From NCBI GenBank assembly GCA_016840035.1, contig JAEOTC010000038.1, forward strand, positions 78,760 to 142,759: DNA of 64,000 nucleotides, in the 5' to 3' direction. Both the position numbers and the translations under genes were made by a program. How positions within the stretch are numbered: the stretch's first letter is position 1; each line of letters starts with the position of its first letter. The notes beneath the pieces were generated by a model that saw only the letters and a program-made list of their open reading frames with translations, had not been told where the DNA came from and made no database searches. This document shows positions 28,422 through 37,762 of the stretch, in pieces. The stretch comes from Candidatus Hodarchaeota archaeon (GTDB lineage Archaea; Asgardarchaeota; Heimdallarchaeia; Hodarchaeales; Hodarchaeaceae).

Positions 28422-28892
28422 TTACTCAACCATTAAATAGGTCTGATTTCTGATAAAAACTGTTTGCAACCCTTTTTTTCTAGCTAATCGTTTCAATTGT
28501 TTATCATTAGTAGCAATGACCCCATTGTAACGCTCTCCATATTCTAGAAGTATAAAATCAATATTCTTATGGTCATAATCTGTATCCCAAATCTCACATT
28601 CTTTATCTACGAAAAAAAGAGCAATTTGAGCCTCTTTTTCTACCTTTTTTTTACCAGACTTATTTAATTTTGATAACTCATCGAAAACTGGTTTCAATAC
28701 CACGAGCTTCCTTTTTTCAGGAAAAACACGATCGAGCTCAAAGGTTAAATTAAAGCCTTTCATTTGACCCATGGCCATAAGAAAGTTAGTATCAAGAAAA
28801 ATAGTTTTTACAGAATCTCCAAATGACGAGATTATTGCCCCGCCCGTTGTTCTTTTCCACCTGTGATAGTTCCCCATCCTATCAAACGCCAT
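28422..28892 (-). CDS. PIN-domain RNase (Fcf1/Utp24-like)
   Basis: IFLDTNFLM, V..EL, ID, IATND..L; directly after aIF2-gamma; true start probably nearer 28830. Confidence 0.88.
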   Translation of the reverse strand: MAFDRMGNYHRWKRTTGGAIISSFGDSVKTIFLDTNFLMAMGQMKGFNLTFELDRVFPEKRKLVVLKPVFDELSKLNKSGKKKVEKEAQIALFFVDKECEIWDTDYDHKNIDFILLEYGERYNGVIATNDKQLKRLARKKGLQTVFIRNQTYLMVE

Positions 28893-30343
28893 CTCCTGTC
28901 AATTTGGCGACTGATCGCAATTCTAATTCCAGTCTCGGCGCATACTGGTAACCGTAAGTTCACCGCGATGTTACCTTTTGCAGACATAACAACTTTCCCA
29001 ACAGTTTTTGCCGTTCCCACGCTAAGCATTAGATTTTCATTCATCTCGATATTTTGAACCGTACTTTGAGATTCACTCCCCACAACCCTTTCCATGAGGT
29101 GTGATTCAAACTCTAGAGTATCCCAACTCGGTGGTAATGAGTCAGAGTATCCAACAACATGTCCAACTAGCATATCGCTTTTTGTTAGTGCAGGATCAAG
29201 ATTAGTCCCAATGCCAATTAATCCCCCTGGATGAGCAGTATCTAATTCTCCGAAACCAGACCGTAAGCTTACAATCTTCGTATTTAGAAATTTATATTTG
29301 TTCCCTCTCCGAACACCTGGTCTAATCTGTATATCATCCCCCACAGAGAATTTTCCCTGAATTATACTTCCTCCAACAACACCACCTTTGAGTTTTTCAG
29401 GTGATTGACCAGGTTTATTGACATCAAATGATCTAGCAATAAGCATTTGAGGGGATAAATCCGCGTCGCGAGGAGGAGTTGGAAGATTTTCCTCAATACT
29501 TTGTATTAATAAATCGATATTTGAGTGGTGAACTGCACTAATAGGAATTACTGGAGATTTTTTTGCAGAGGTGGTAGAAATAAACTTTTTTAAATCCTTA
29601 AAATTATTGAGGGCTTCTTTTTCAGAGACTAACTCAATTTTATTTTGACAGACTATAACCTTCTCCATCCCAATAATGTCCATGGCTGCAAGATGTTCCC
29701 GAGTTTGAGGCATAGGCACTCGTTCATTTGTGGCTACAACAAGGATTGCTCCATCCATGATACTTGCACCAGAAAGCATTGTAGCCATTAATACTTCGTG
29801 TCCTGGTGCATCTACAAACGCTACGCGTCTTAGCAGAATAGTTTCCTTACCACAGTTCGGACATTCTTTTTTTGTTGTATATTTAGTAGGAGCTTTGCAG
29901 GTAGGACATTCACGGAATTCTGTTTCTGCGTACCCAAGACGTATTGAAATTCCTCTTCTGATTTCTTCGCTATGAGTATCAGGGAATTTACCAGTAAGCG
30001 CTTGAGTTAATGTGGACTTTCCGTGATCTACATGTCCGATCATACCCAAGCTAATCTCTGCCTGATTAGGTGCTGTTTCAACAACTTTCTTTTTTGTAGT
30101 GGCTTTTTTCTTAGCTTTACTGGCCGTTTTTGCCTTAGATTTCTTTGCTTTAGTTGTTGTTGATTTTGCAGTCTTTTTTGTTGCAGCAGGAGCTTTTTTC
30201 ACCGCGGTTTTCTTCTTTTTTGCTGTAGTTTTCTTTGTAGTCTTCTTCGTCGTTTTCGACGATTTAGTGGATTCTACCTCTTTTGTCTTGGATGAGGTAT
30301 CTTCTTTCTTACTTGTAGAAGCTTTCTTCTTTCGCGGTGACAT
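28832..30343 (-). CDS. eif2g: Translation initiation factor aIF2 gamma with Lys-rich N-terminal extension
   Basis: GHVDHGKST, DTHSEE..RGISIRLGY, zinc ribbon, DAPGHE.LMATMLSG, QNKIE, RWRLIGWG. Confidence 0.97.
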   Translation of the reverse strand: MSPRKKKASTSKKEDTSSKTKEVESTKSSKTTKKTTKKTTAKKKKTAVKKAPAATKKTAKSTTTKAKKSKAKTASKAKKKATTKKKVVETAPNQAEISLGMIGHVDHGKSTLTQALTGKFPDTHSEEIRRGISIRLGYAETEFRECPTCKAPTKYTTKKECPNCGKETILLRRVAFVDAPGHEVLMATMLSGASIMDGAILVVATNERVPMPQTREHLAAMDIIGMEKVIVCQNKIELVSEKEALNNFKDLKKFISTTSAKKSPVIPISAVHHSNIDLLIQSIEENLPTPPRDADLSPQMLIARSFDVNKPGQSPEKLKGGVVGGSIIQGKFSVGDDIQIRPGVRRGNKYKFLNTKIVSLRSGFGELDTAHPGGLIGIGTNLDPALTKSDMLVGHVVGYSDSLPPSWDTLEFESHLMERVVGSESQSTVQNIEMNENLMLSVGTAKTVGKVVMSAKGNIAVNLRLPVCAETGIRIAISRQIDRRWRLIGWGTITGGKEQRAGQ

Positions 30344-30363
30344 ATGAATCCTCGAATTTTATT

Positions 30364-30738
30364 TTAAAGTAATTCTTCTATAGGGCTGCTGCCTCTTTCA
30401 GTAATCTTCAGGTTAATCTGATAAATATCTTCACTAATCAGGGAGCCTCGGACACGTTTCCGTCTTCTCCTTCCTTTCCGTTTAGGTTTGTATCCTACTC
30501 CTCTATGACCAATGAGTATTCGTTTTGGCATTGCACCATCTACACCAGGAGCCATTGGAAATCCAGAATGATCAGAACCGCCTGTGATCTTGAATTTATA
30601 TCCTTCAAAACCGATAATTGAACCTTCTAGCTCATCACCAACGGACATTCCGATTAGTGGACGAGTCATAGAGTCCTCATCTATTTCTTTCTTGTAGCTC
30701 TGTTTCTCATCAGCTAAATTTATTTGAAATCGAACCAT
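30364..30738 (-). CDS. rps6e: 30S ribosomal protein S6e
   Basis: KITGGSD.SGFPM, RRRKRVRG, QINLKI. Confidence 0.95.
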   Translation of the reverse strand: MVRFQINLADEKQSYKKEIDEDSMTRPLIGMSVGDELEGSIIGFEGYKFKITGGSDHSGFPMAPGVDGAMPKRILIGHRGVGYKPKRKGRRRRKRVRGSLISEDIYQINLKITERGSSPIEELL

Positions 30739-30977
30739 GTTATCATCTCTAACCGTTTTACATTACTACAAGGGCGTGAACTCGTAGTAGCCAATAGTAG
30801 TATTGTTAACAGGTCAATGGTGTCATTAGATGTTCTTAAGCTCCAGATTCTTATTTCTTCTGATGAAAGATTTTAAGTCTTTACCGAGGAGCTTTTTCCT
30901 CTTGGTTTGTTTGTTATAGAAGAAAATATGTCATATTAAGAATAATGGCATAGTTTTCAGTGTGAAATATTCCTACA

Positions 30978-32828
30978 TTAAAAAGCCCAATATTTATTGA
31001 CAGTTCGTCGTTTTATTTCTATTAATTCACTTAACGCATCCATTTCTGATCCAGAAAGAATTTTATCCGCCAGTATCTTTCGTGCATGAGTCTCGGGAAC
31101 ATTTACCCAGAGCTCATCATCTTCTCTAATTTGTCTACCTGCTGTAGGGCCTTTTAATGCCACTGCAACTTGATTACTGACCTCTGCTTTAGGTAAATTT
31201 TCTCCACGATCTTGGATCTGCAACAAATGTCCGATTATTTTGTTATCACGATTTATGAGATCAACTTTTGGAGTAAGTACTCCAGAGAGAACTTCAACAC
31301 CAACAATACAGGGTTTACACTGTCTAAAGATATAGGGGAGAACTTTTATCTTACTTGGTCGTATGATATCTTTAAGAGCTTCTTCTTCTTCTTCCTGTTG
31401 GACTTTATATTGATATTCTTGATATTCCTCACTTAATTGGTAGATAATATCACTTTGTAGTATAGGTATTCCTAACCTATTTCCCTCTTCTTGTGCATCC
31501 TCAAGAACTATGGTTCTAAACGCAAGAATGATTCCAAATGATTTATCCTTTTCCTTAGCAAGAGAGGCTTGATAAATATCCTTTTTTGTAACATCTCCGA
31601 CAGCAGCAAATCGAATTTGAATACTCGAATCCCTAAGAAAATTGACTAACGCTTCTAAAGAACCTAACGCATCAGCTTTTACAATTACCCCTGCATCGTC
31701 AGTTTCAACTAAAATACTTGCTAATTCGTCCTCAATCTTTTTAACAGCTTCATCTTCAGATTCCTCTGAAACAACGTAGAGAGAGGATCCCGCAATTGCA
31801 TCTTCTAACTCAGGGGCTACTATTTTCACTCCTATCGCAGCTATTGCTTCATTTACGTTTCCAAATTTATTACGAGGGTCACGAATTTCATCAAGATCTT
31901 TCGGTAGCAGAAGTGCCCTAACTTTGGTTGATATAACACCATTCTTACCAGCAAGTACAATGTGGGAATTATTTCGTATTATTCCATCGAATAAAATCAC
32001 ATCAAGGGTTGTTCCAAGACCTACTTCCTTTTTGACTTCTAGAACCACTCCCTTTCCACTATCAAGATGTAGAGCAAGCTGTGTTTTTAAGTACTGTTCC
32101 GTTAAAGTTGCTAAAACAAGGAATAATTCAGGGATGCCTTCTCCTGTGACCGCAGAAGTCGGTATAATGGCAATTTTCTTTGCAAAATTCTTTATCTTGT
32201 CGTATCTCTCGGGTTCTAGATTGAAATGACTTAATTCAGCCATAATTTCATAAATAACAGTTTGGAGTGCATCCTGAGTTGTGCTAGACTGTTTTTTTAA
32301 TGATTGAACAAGTGATAATTTTGGATAACTACGCCAACCTGGTAATCTATCAATTTTATTTGCAGCAATAAGAAAGGGTACTTTATTTCGAACTAAAATT
32401 CGTAAAGATTCCACTGTTTGAGGTTGTATACCTCGTCGCACATCAATCACAAGTATTGAAAAGTTGGCTGTGCTTGCTCCTCTTGACCTGAGATTCATAA
32501 AGGCAGCATGACCTGGTGTATCAATAATAAGAATTCCAGGTATATTAAGACTTTTCTTACCATCTCCCAATAATTTTCCACACAAAGCAGTAACCGTATC
32601 GATAGGAAAAAAACTAGCTCCAATATGTTGAGTTATCCCGCCAGTTTCTCTTGCCTGTACTGCTGTACCTCTCACTTTATCCAGTAAGCTTGTTTTTCCG
32701 GAGTCAACATGTCCCAAGATAACTGTAATTGGACTCCTCATTAATTCTTTAGAATTATTGTCTTCGGTCAAGATAATCACTCCAGAGTTAATTAATTTTC
32801 CATACTCCTCAGAATACTGTTTGATCAC
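30978..32828 (-). CDS. infB: Translation initiation factor aIF5B (IF-2)
   Basis: RSPI..ILGHVDSGKT, GGITQHIGA, DTPGH, NKID, GSLEAL; true start probably somewhat downstream of 32828. Confidence 0.96.
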   Translation of the reverse strand: MIKQYSEEYGKLINSGVIILTEDNNSKELMRSPITVILGHVDSGKTSLLDKVRGTAVQARETGGITQHIGASFFPIDTVTALCGKLLGDGKKSLNIPGILIIDTPGHAAFMNLRSRGASTANFSILVIDVRRGIQPQTVESLRILVRNKVPFLIAANKIDRLPGWRSYPKLSLVQSLKKQSSTTQDALQTVIYEIMAELSHFNLEPERYDKIKNFAKKIAIIPTSAVTGEGIPELFLVLATLTEQYLKTQLALHLDSGKGVVLEVKKEVGLGTTLDVILFDGIIRNNSHIVLAGKNGVISTKVRALLLPKDLDEIRDPRNKFGNVNEAIAAIGVKIVAPELEDAIAGSSLYVVSEESEDEAVKKIEDELASILVETDDAGVIVKADALGSLEALVNFLRDSSIQIRFAAVGDVTKKDIYQASLAKEKDKSFGIILAFRTIVLEDAQEEGNRLGIPILQSDIIYQLSEEYQEYQYKVQQEEEEEALKDIIRPSKIKVLPYIFRQCKPCIVGVEVLSGVLTPKVDLINRDNKIIGHLLQIQDRGENLPKAEVSNQVAVALKGPTAGRQIREDDELWVNVPETHARKILADKILSGSEMDALSELIEIKRRTVNKYWAF

Positions 32829-33056
32829 CTGAAATACAGGTTATCTCAATTTCAAACGCGCGTTAAATTAGTGATACCATATTAAATAAGCTATTTCACC
32901 AGATTTCTTTGGTAAACTTGCGATCGTTTAGCTTACAGGTCATGGAATAGGAAATCCTAACACATTGAATTACTTACCGTTGATTGAAAGCTAAAATTTA
33001 TGACCATATTGATTGTGTGTTGATATATCGTAGAAAGGTTCGGAGAATGTAAATTT

Positions 33057-33464
33057 TTGCGCAGAGATAATACCCATTATTTTATATATCCAGAATATTT
33101 CGATAAATCTCTTAAACGTCGTGAAGGACGAAGATTACCTATTAGTGATTCATTAGAAAATCCCTCATTATTAGAAATTCGATTAGCGGCAGAGAAAATA
33201 GGTTTGGATTATGAAATTAGGGAAAATGGAAGTTACCCCCGTCAATGGTGGAATCCAAAAGGTTTGATTCTTATTGAGAAAAAGGATTCAAAATTGACGA
33301 CTATTCGGAAGTTAAGCCTTGAAATAGAAAAGAATATCAAACCTGCTCTTGAGAAAAAGAGAAAGGAAGTTAAGGAAGCCAAAAAAAAGAAGAGTTCGAA
33401 ACCTAGATATAAAACCACAAAAAAGAAATCTCAAACAGAATTTCGACCTAAGCGTCGTAGATAA
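33057..33464 (+). CDS. srp19: Signal recognition particle protein SRP19
   Basis: IYPEYFD....R.EGRR.P, YPR.WW..G. Confidence 0.93.
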   Translation: MRRDNTHYFIYPEYFDKSLKRREGRRLPISDSLENPSLLEIRLAAEKIGLDYEIRENGSYPRQWWNPKGLILIEKKDSKLTTIRKLSLEIEKNIKPALEKKRKEVKEAKKKKSSKPRYKTTKKKSQTEFRPKRRR

Positions 33465-33565
33465 CTTTAAACTATTGAATCTATCTATTCTGGAATCTAG
33501 ATTCAATTTATAAAAGCTAGATTAGGTGTTCAAATATGTTAACATCCTACTAAGGGGAGGTACGA

Positions 33566-34207
33566 ATGAGAAAAAAACGTGATGTTTACACCAAACGCGC
33601 GAAACAGGAAGGGTATAGAAGTCGAGCTTTCTATAAACTACAACAGATCAACAGCAAATTTAAGATCTTTCACTCCAACCAAATCATAATTGATCTCTGT
33701 GGTGCCCCTGGGGGATTTTCTCAGGTAGCAAGAGATTGTACGCGAGGAAAAGCATCAATAATCCTTGTTGATCTTGCTAGAATTAAACCAATTCCCGGTA
33801 TTACAGAAATAATTAAAGGAAATATTACTGATGTCTCTACTGTCTTCAAAATTCGCGAAGTTGTTGAAAAACATCGATCTCGTAAACAGGAAATAGTAGT
33901 TCTTGCTGATTGTTCTCCTAATGTTTCGGGAAATTGGCCTACCGATCATGCAATACAAATATGGTTATCGAGAGTGGCTCTTGGAATTTCAAATTATTTT
34001 TTAGCCGTCAAATTTATTTCTAAAGCTTTTCAGGGAGAATCATTCCCAGATTTTCTTGCAGAAATTAAGGAATACTTTCAGGATGTAAAAATTAGTAAAC
34101 CCCCTACTTCACGAAAAACCAGTGCGGAAGTATATATCGTTGCACAGAATAGACGAGATTCAAATCTGACATTATTTGATACGAATATACTCCTTAAAGA
34201 TGAATGA
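33566..34207 (+). CDS. rlmE: 23S rRNA 2'-O-methyltransferase RlmE/FtsJ
   Basis: AKQEGYRSRA.YKL, DLCGAPGG.SQ, D.SPN.SG, KP..SR..S.E.Y. Confidence 0.93.
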   Translation: MRKKRDVYTKRAKQEGYRSRAFYKLQQINSKFKIFHSNQIIIDLCGAPGGFSQVARDCTRGKASIILVDLARIKPIPGITEIIKGNITDVSTVFKIREVVEKHRSRKQEIVVLADCSPNVSGNWPTDHAIQIWLSRVALGISNYFLAVKFISKAFQGESFPDFLAEIKEYFQDVKISKPPTSRKTSAEVYIVAQNRRDSNLTLFDTNILLKDE

Positions 34208-34224
34208 TCGGTTAAGGGATAATT

Positions 34225-35403
34225 GTGGATTTAACCAAGATTATTGAGGGAAGAAGAGAATATTTTATTCCTTCTCCTATCGTTGATGGTTCAATTCCCA
34301 GAAAAGTAGACGATGCATTCTTTAATCCTCATCAAAAGTTGAATAGGGATTTTTCTGTTCTAATACTGAGAATTTATGCCAAAATAAATAAAAAACTCAC
34401 ACTCAGAATATGCGAACCCTTCGGAGGGGTTGGTGTAAGAACTTGTCGTTATGCAGTAGAGGTTCCTTCTGAAGCAATTCACTATAATGATGTCAATTCT
34501 GATGCTATTAAGGTAGCTCACCAGAATTTCTCGACTCTATCAAAGCAGGATCGGAATAAAATCAGTATTTACAATAAGGAGTTTACTGATTTCTTGCATT
34601 CACTATATATTGATCATCCAATAATGGATTTCATTGATATAGATCCATATGGATCTCCAATTCCTTTCGTTTCTAGAAGTCTTAAATTCGTTACATTACG
34701 CGGGTTACTTGCTTTTACGGCAACTGATTTGGCTAGCCTATCTGGACTATATCCTCGAGCTTTATACTCAAAATATGGTATTGGTATATTTGAGACACGA
34801 ATTGGGAATGTTCATGAACTTGCTGCACGTAATTTAATCACTGGAATTCAAAAAATAGGTTTAACTCAAAATCAATCAGTTCTTCCAGTTTTTACAGTTT
34901 ATTATCGACATTTCATTAGGACATTTCTGATTAGAGAACGGGGAGTTGATAAAGTTCTCGATTCAACTGGTTTTCTCCACAAATGCCAAAAATGCAATTG
35001 CATTTTCCACACTTCTCTGAAATCCAAAAATGTTAGATGTATTTCATGCGATAGTGTTCAGCTTCGGAGTATTGGTCCTTTATATCTGGGAAAACTTCAC
35101 GATGAGATGTACCTATCATATCTCAAGGAAGAACCTCATCTTATGGATTTAAATGGCGCTAAGAAGATAAAAAAATTAATTAATTTAATTAATGAAGAAA
35201 ATAAGCTTGATATTCCTTGGTCATTTGATGTACAGAACATTGCAAAAGATATTAATGAACCAATTCCTCCTATGAATTTCATTGTTAAAAGAATTATTGA
35301 TAGGGGTCACAAATGTTACAAAACCCATTTTTCAGGATCTTGTCTAAAGACAAATGCGAGTTATAACGATTTATGTGAAATTGTGAAGGCTGGTATCGAG
35401 TAG
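34225..35403 (+). CDS. trm1: tRNA (guanine-26-N2)-dimethyltransferase
   Basis: FFNP.Q.LNRD, G.GVR..RY, IDIDPYGSP, TATD, GPLYLG, THFS...KT. Confidence 0.92.
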   Translation: MDLTKIIEGRREYFIPSPIVDGSIPRKVDDAFFNPHQKLNRDFSVLILRIYAKINKKLTLRICEPFGGVGVRTCRYAVEVPSEAIHYNDVNSDAIKVAHQNFSTLSKQDRNKISIYNKEFTDFLHSLYIDHPIMDFIDIDPYGSPIPFVSRSLKFVTLRGLLAFTATDLASLSGLYPRALYSKYGIGIFETRIGNVHELAARNLITGIQKIGLTQNQSVLPVFTVYYRHFIRTFLIRERGVDKVLDSTGFLHKCQKCNCIFHTSLKSKNVRCISCDSVQLRSIGPLYLGKLHDEMYLSYLKEEPHLMDLNGAKKIKKLINLINEENKLDIPWSFDVQNIAKDINEPIPPMNFIVKRIIDRGHKCYKTHFSGSCLKTNASYNDLCEIVKAGIE

Positions 35404-35493
35404 TGTTATTCATCGTTTTTCCGAAAAAAGATTTGTTTAAGTAGAAATGAAACAAACAAAAACAAATTCATGAACGAAGATAAAAAACAAGAG

Positions 35494-35635
35494 TAGGGAC
35501 GGCGGGATTTGAACCCACGACCTCTTGGTATTCTGATAACCAACATCGGTTGGTTATTCCCAAACCAAGAATCATCTAGTCGTTATTTCCGTGTTATTCC
35601 AGAGAATAACTAAAACCATGCTAGACTACGTCCCT
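35494..35635 (-). tRNA. tRNA-Pro(TGG) with two introns
   Basis: AGGGACG/CGTCCCT acceptor; 29-nt BHB intron at 37/38 (35530-35558); second ~36-39-nt intron in the D-loop (about 35575-35613). Confidence 0.88.
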
Positions 35636-35924
35636 AATGTTCACACGAAAAATTTCTGAAGCTCCTGACTAATTGTTTCACCTAAATCTTTCAGTAGAAA
35701 GACTCTTCAATTCAGGTTTAATTTTTTTTCTCTCTTTTCTCCATTTAAAGCTTTTCCAAAAGAAAAAGATTGAAGAAAAATTATTCCATCAAGTCTTGTT
35801 ACCAAAATCAATTTTGACATTTGTGTCTTTCTGCTCTATTAGATCATAATAACAGCATCTCATTAGTTCAAAAAAAGCATTCCTTAATTCTCTGGATTTT
35901 CCATGGTCATTCTCTTTACCACGT

Positions 35925-36524
35925 TTACTTAGGATTTTTCTGAGATAATCTTATAGTATCCACTAATTCTTTCTGTTTAACAGGACTGGATTCAATTTCT
36001 TGGTAATTAAAAAGTTCCATTTCAAACGATAGCGCTTTTAGTTCCTCTAAACAAATTTTATTTTGATGTTTCTCTTTTGCAACTTTTACATTCACTTTTC
36101 TATTGATTTGAGACTCAGAACGATTTTCAATGTTAAGTTTTTGATCAACCGTATCATTTAAATCCTTCATATATGTTTCCAATTTCTCTTCTATCTGTCT
36201 GTCCTTTGAGTCAGTTTCTTTAAGTTGCTTATCTCTAATGCAATCTTCAAGGTAATTATGATCTATATTATAATCAATTCTGGATTGTTTTAGGAATTTC
36301 TCACAATCCTCCTCATTTTCTTTTACAATTGTCGGTTCTTTCTCTTCAAAATAAGAAACCTCACTTTTTTTACTATCTTCATTAAAGACCACAATTTGAT
36401 CCTCATATGGCCCCTCTGCGAGTAGAATTTCCTCTAATTTCTCAATCTCTTTGTATTTATCTCTAGTTTTCTGTTCTAGTTCCTTATCCTTTTCCTTCCA
36501 TTTCATAGCTTCCTCTGGTGACAA
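35925..36524 (-). CDS. Hypothetical Glu/Lys-rich protein (possible remnant)
   Basis: 199 aa low-complexity ORF in an AT-rich stretch; no recognisable motif. Confidence 0.45.
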   Translation of the reverse strand: MSPEEAMKWKEKDKELEQKTRDKYKEIEKLEEILLAEGPYEDQIVVFNEDSKKSEVSYFEEKEPTIVKENEEDCEKFLKQSRIDYNIDHNYLEDCIRDKQLKETDSKDRQIEEKLETYMKDLNDTVDQKLNIENRSESQINRKVNVKVAKEKHQNKICLEELKALSFEMELFNYQEIESSPVKQKELVDTIRLSQKNPK

Positions 36525-36784
36525 TTCAGGAGTTCACTCCAAAAAATTCTTTGAATTACCGATGTTCAATATGGATCAGTTGATCCCCTTAAATATCAAA
36601 AATCACAAGTGAGTAAACAATGAGAACTTTTCTTTCGGAAATTGGATTTATCCGTTCAGTTTACTACAAATGCATTTTTTCATCACAATGTGCCTAATTT
36701 CAGCCAATCAAAAAATATTTTTACCCCACTCTTAATAAAGCCTATACAGATTGAGAGAGATGAGTAAAAATGAAACCGATATTG

Positions 36785-36802
36785 AATCCCGTCGTCCCTA
36801 CT
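36785..36802 (+). repeat. Inverted 17/18-nt copy of the tRNA-Pro 3' end (att-like)
   Basis: AATCCCGTCGTCCCTACT versus AATCCCGCCGTCCCTACT (reverse complement of 35492-35509). Confidence 0.7.
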
Positions 36803-36869
36803 TTTCTAATTATTTTTAAAGTCTAATAAGGATATATTGAATACCTAGACAAGTTGGATAGAAGTTAAT

Positions 36870-37745
36870 ATGAAAAAATTGTCAATGAACGGAAAAATCT
36901 GTCTTATAACAGGCGCAAATAGTGGAATTGGAAAATTCACGGCCCTAGAATTAGCGAAATTAGGATCACACGTTGTGATGATCTGTCGAAATTATGAAAG
37001 GGGTGTAAAGGCTCAAAAAGAAATTATTGAGCAGTCAAAAAATCCTGATATTGACCTTTATATTGTAGATTTGGCTTCTCAATCAGCAATTAAGAATTTC
37101 GCCGAGGATTTCAAAAAGAAGTATGATATGTTACACATCCTAATTAATAATGCAGGTACAATTACCAAAACTTGGACAGCGACAGAAGATGGAATTGAAA
37201 GGACTTTTGCTGTTAATCATCTTGGTCCATTCTTAATTACAAACCTCCTCCTTGATTTTTTAAACGCTGGAGCCCCCTCGAGGATAATTACTATAACCTC
37301 AGGAATGCATTCTAAGGATCCTATTTCTATTGATAGTATTCAATCTCAGGAAAATTACAGTAATTTAAAGGCGTATTCCATCTCCAAACTAGCAAATATT
37401 CTCTTTACTTATGAATTGAGCAATCGCTTACTTAATTCAGGAATTAAGACTGTTACAGCTAATGTTGTTCATCCTGGTTTCACTCGTACGAATTTTGGAA
37501 AGGAGGGCCTCTCTTTTCTACAAAAACTAGGTCTTACGCTTATTCATCCATTTATGGCTGTGTCTCTGCAAAAAGGTGCAGAAACTCCGATTTTTCTAGC
37601 TATTTCCCCCGATGTTGAAGGGATTACTGGTAAATATTATGTAAACAAGAAGATTGAACAATCAGCTCCAAATACTTATGATCAAGAGAATCAGAACCTG
37701 TTATGGAAAATAAGTGAAAAATTAACCGCTATTAAGACAATATAA
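36870..37745 (+). CDS. SDR-family oxidoreductase (retinol dehydrogenase-like)
   Basis: TGANSGIG, LINNAG, VNHLG.F, YSISK, HPGFTRT. Confidence 0.92.
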   Translation: MKKLSMNGKICLITGANSGIGKFTALELAKLGSHVVMICRNYERGVKAQKEIIEQSKNPDIDLYIVDLASQSAIKNFAEDFKKKYDMLHILINNAGTITKTWTATEDGIERTFAVNHLGPFLITNLLLDFLNAGAPSRIITITSGMHSKDPISIDSIQSQENYSNLKAYSISKLANILFTYELSNRLLNSGIKTVTANVVHPGFTRTNFGKEGLSFLQKLGLTLIHPFMAVSLQKGAETPIFLAISPDVEGITGKYYVNKKIEQSAPNTYDQENQNLLWKISEKLTAIKTI

Positions 37746-37762
37746 GTAGAATTTAGAACAGT

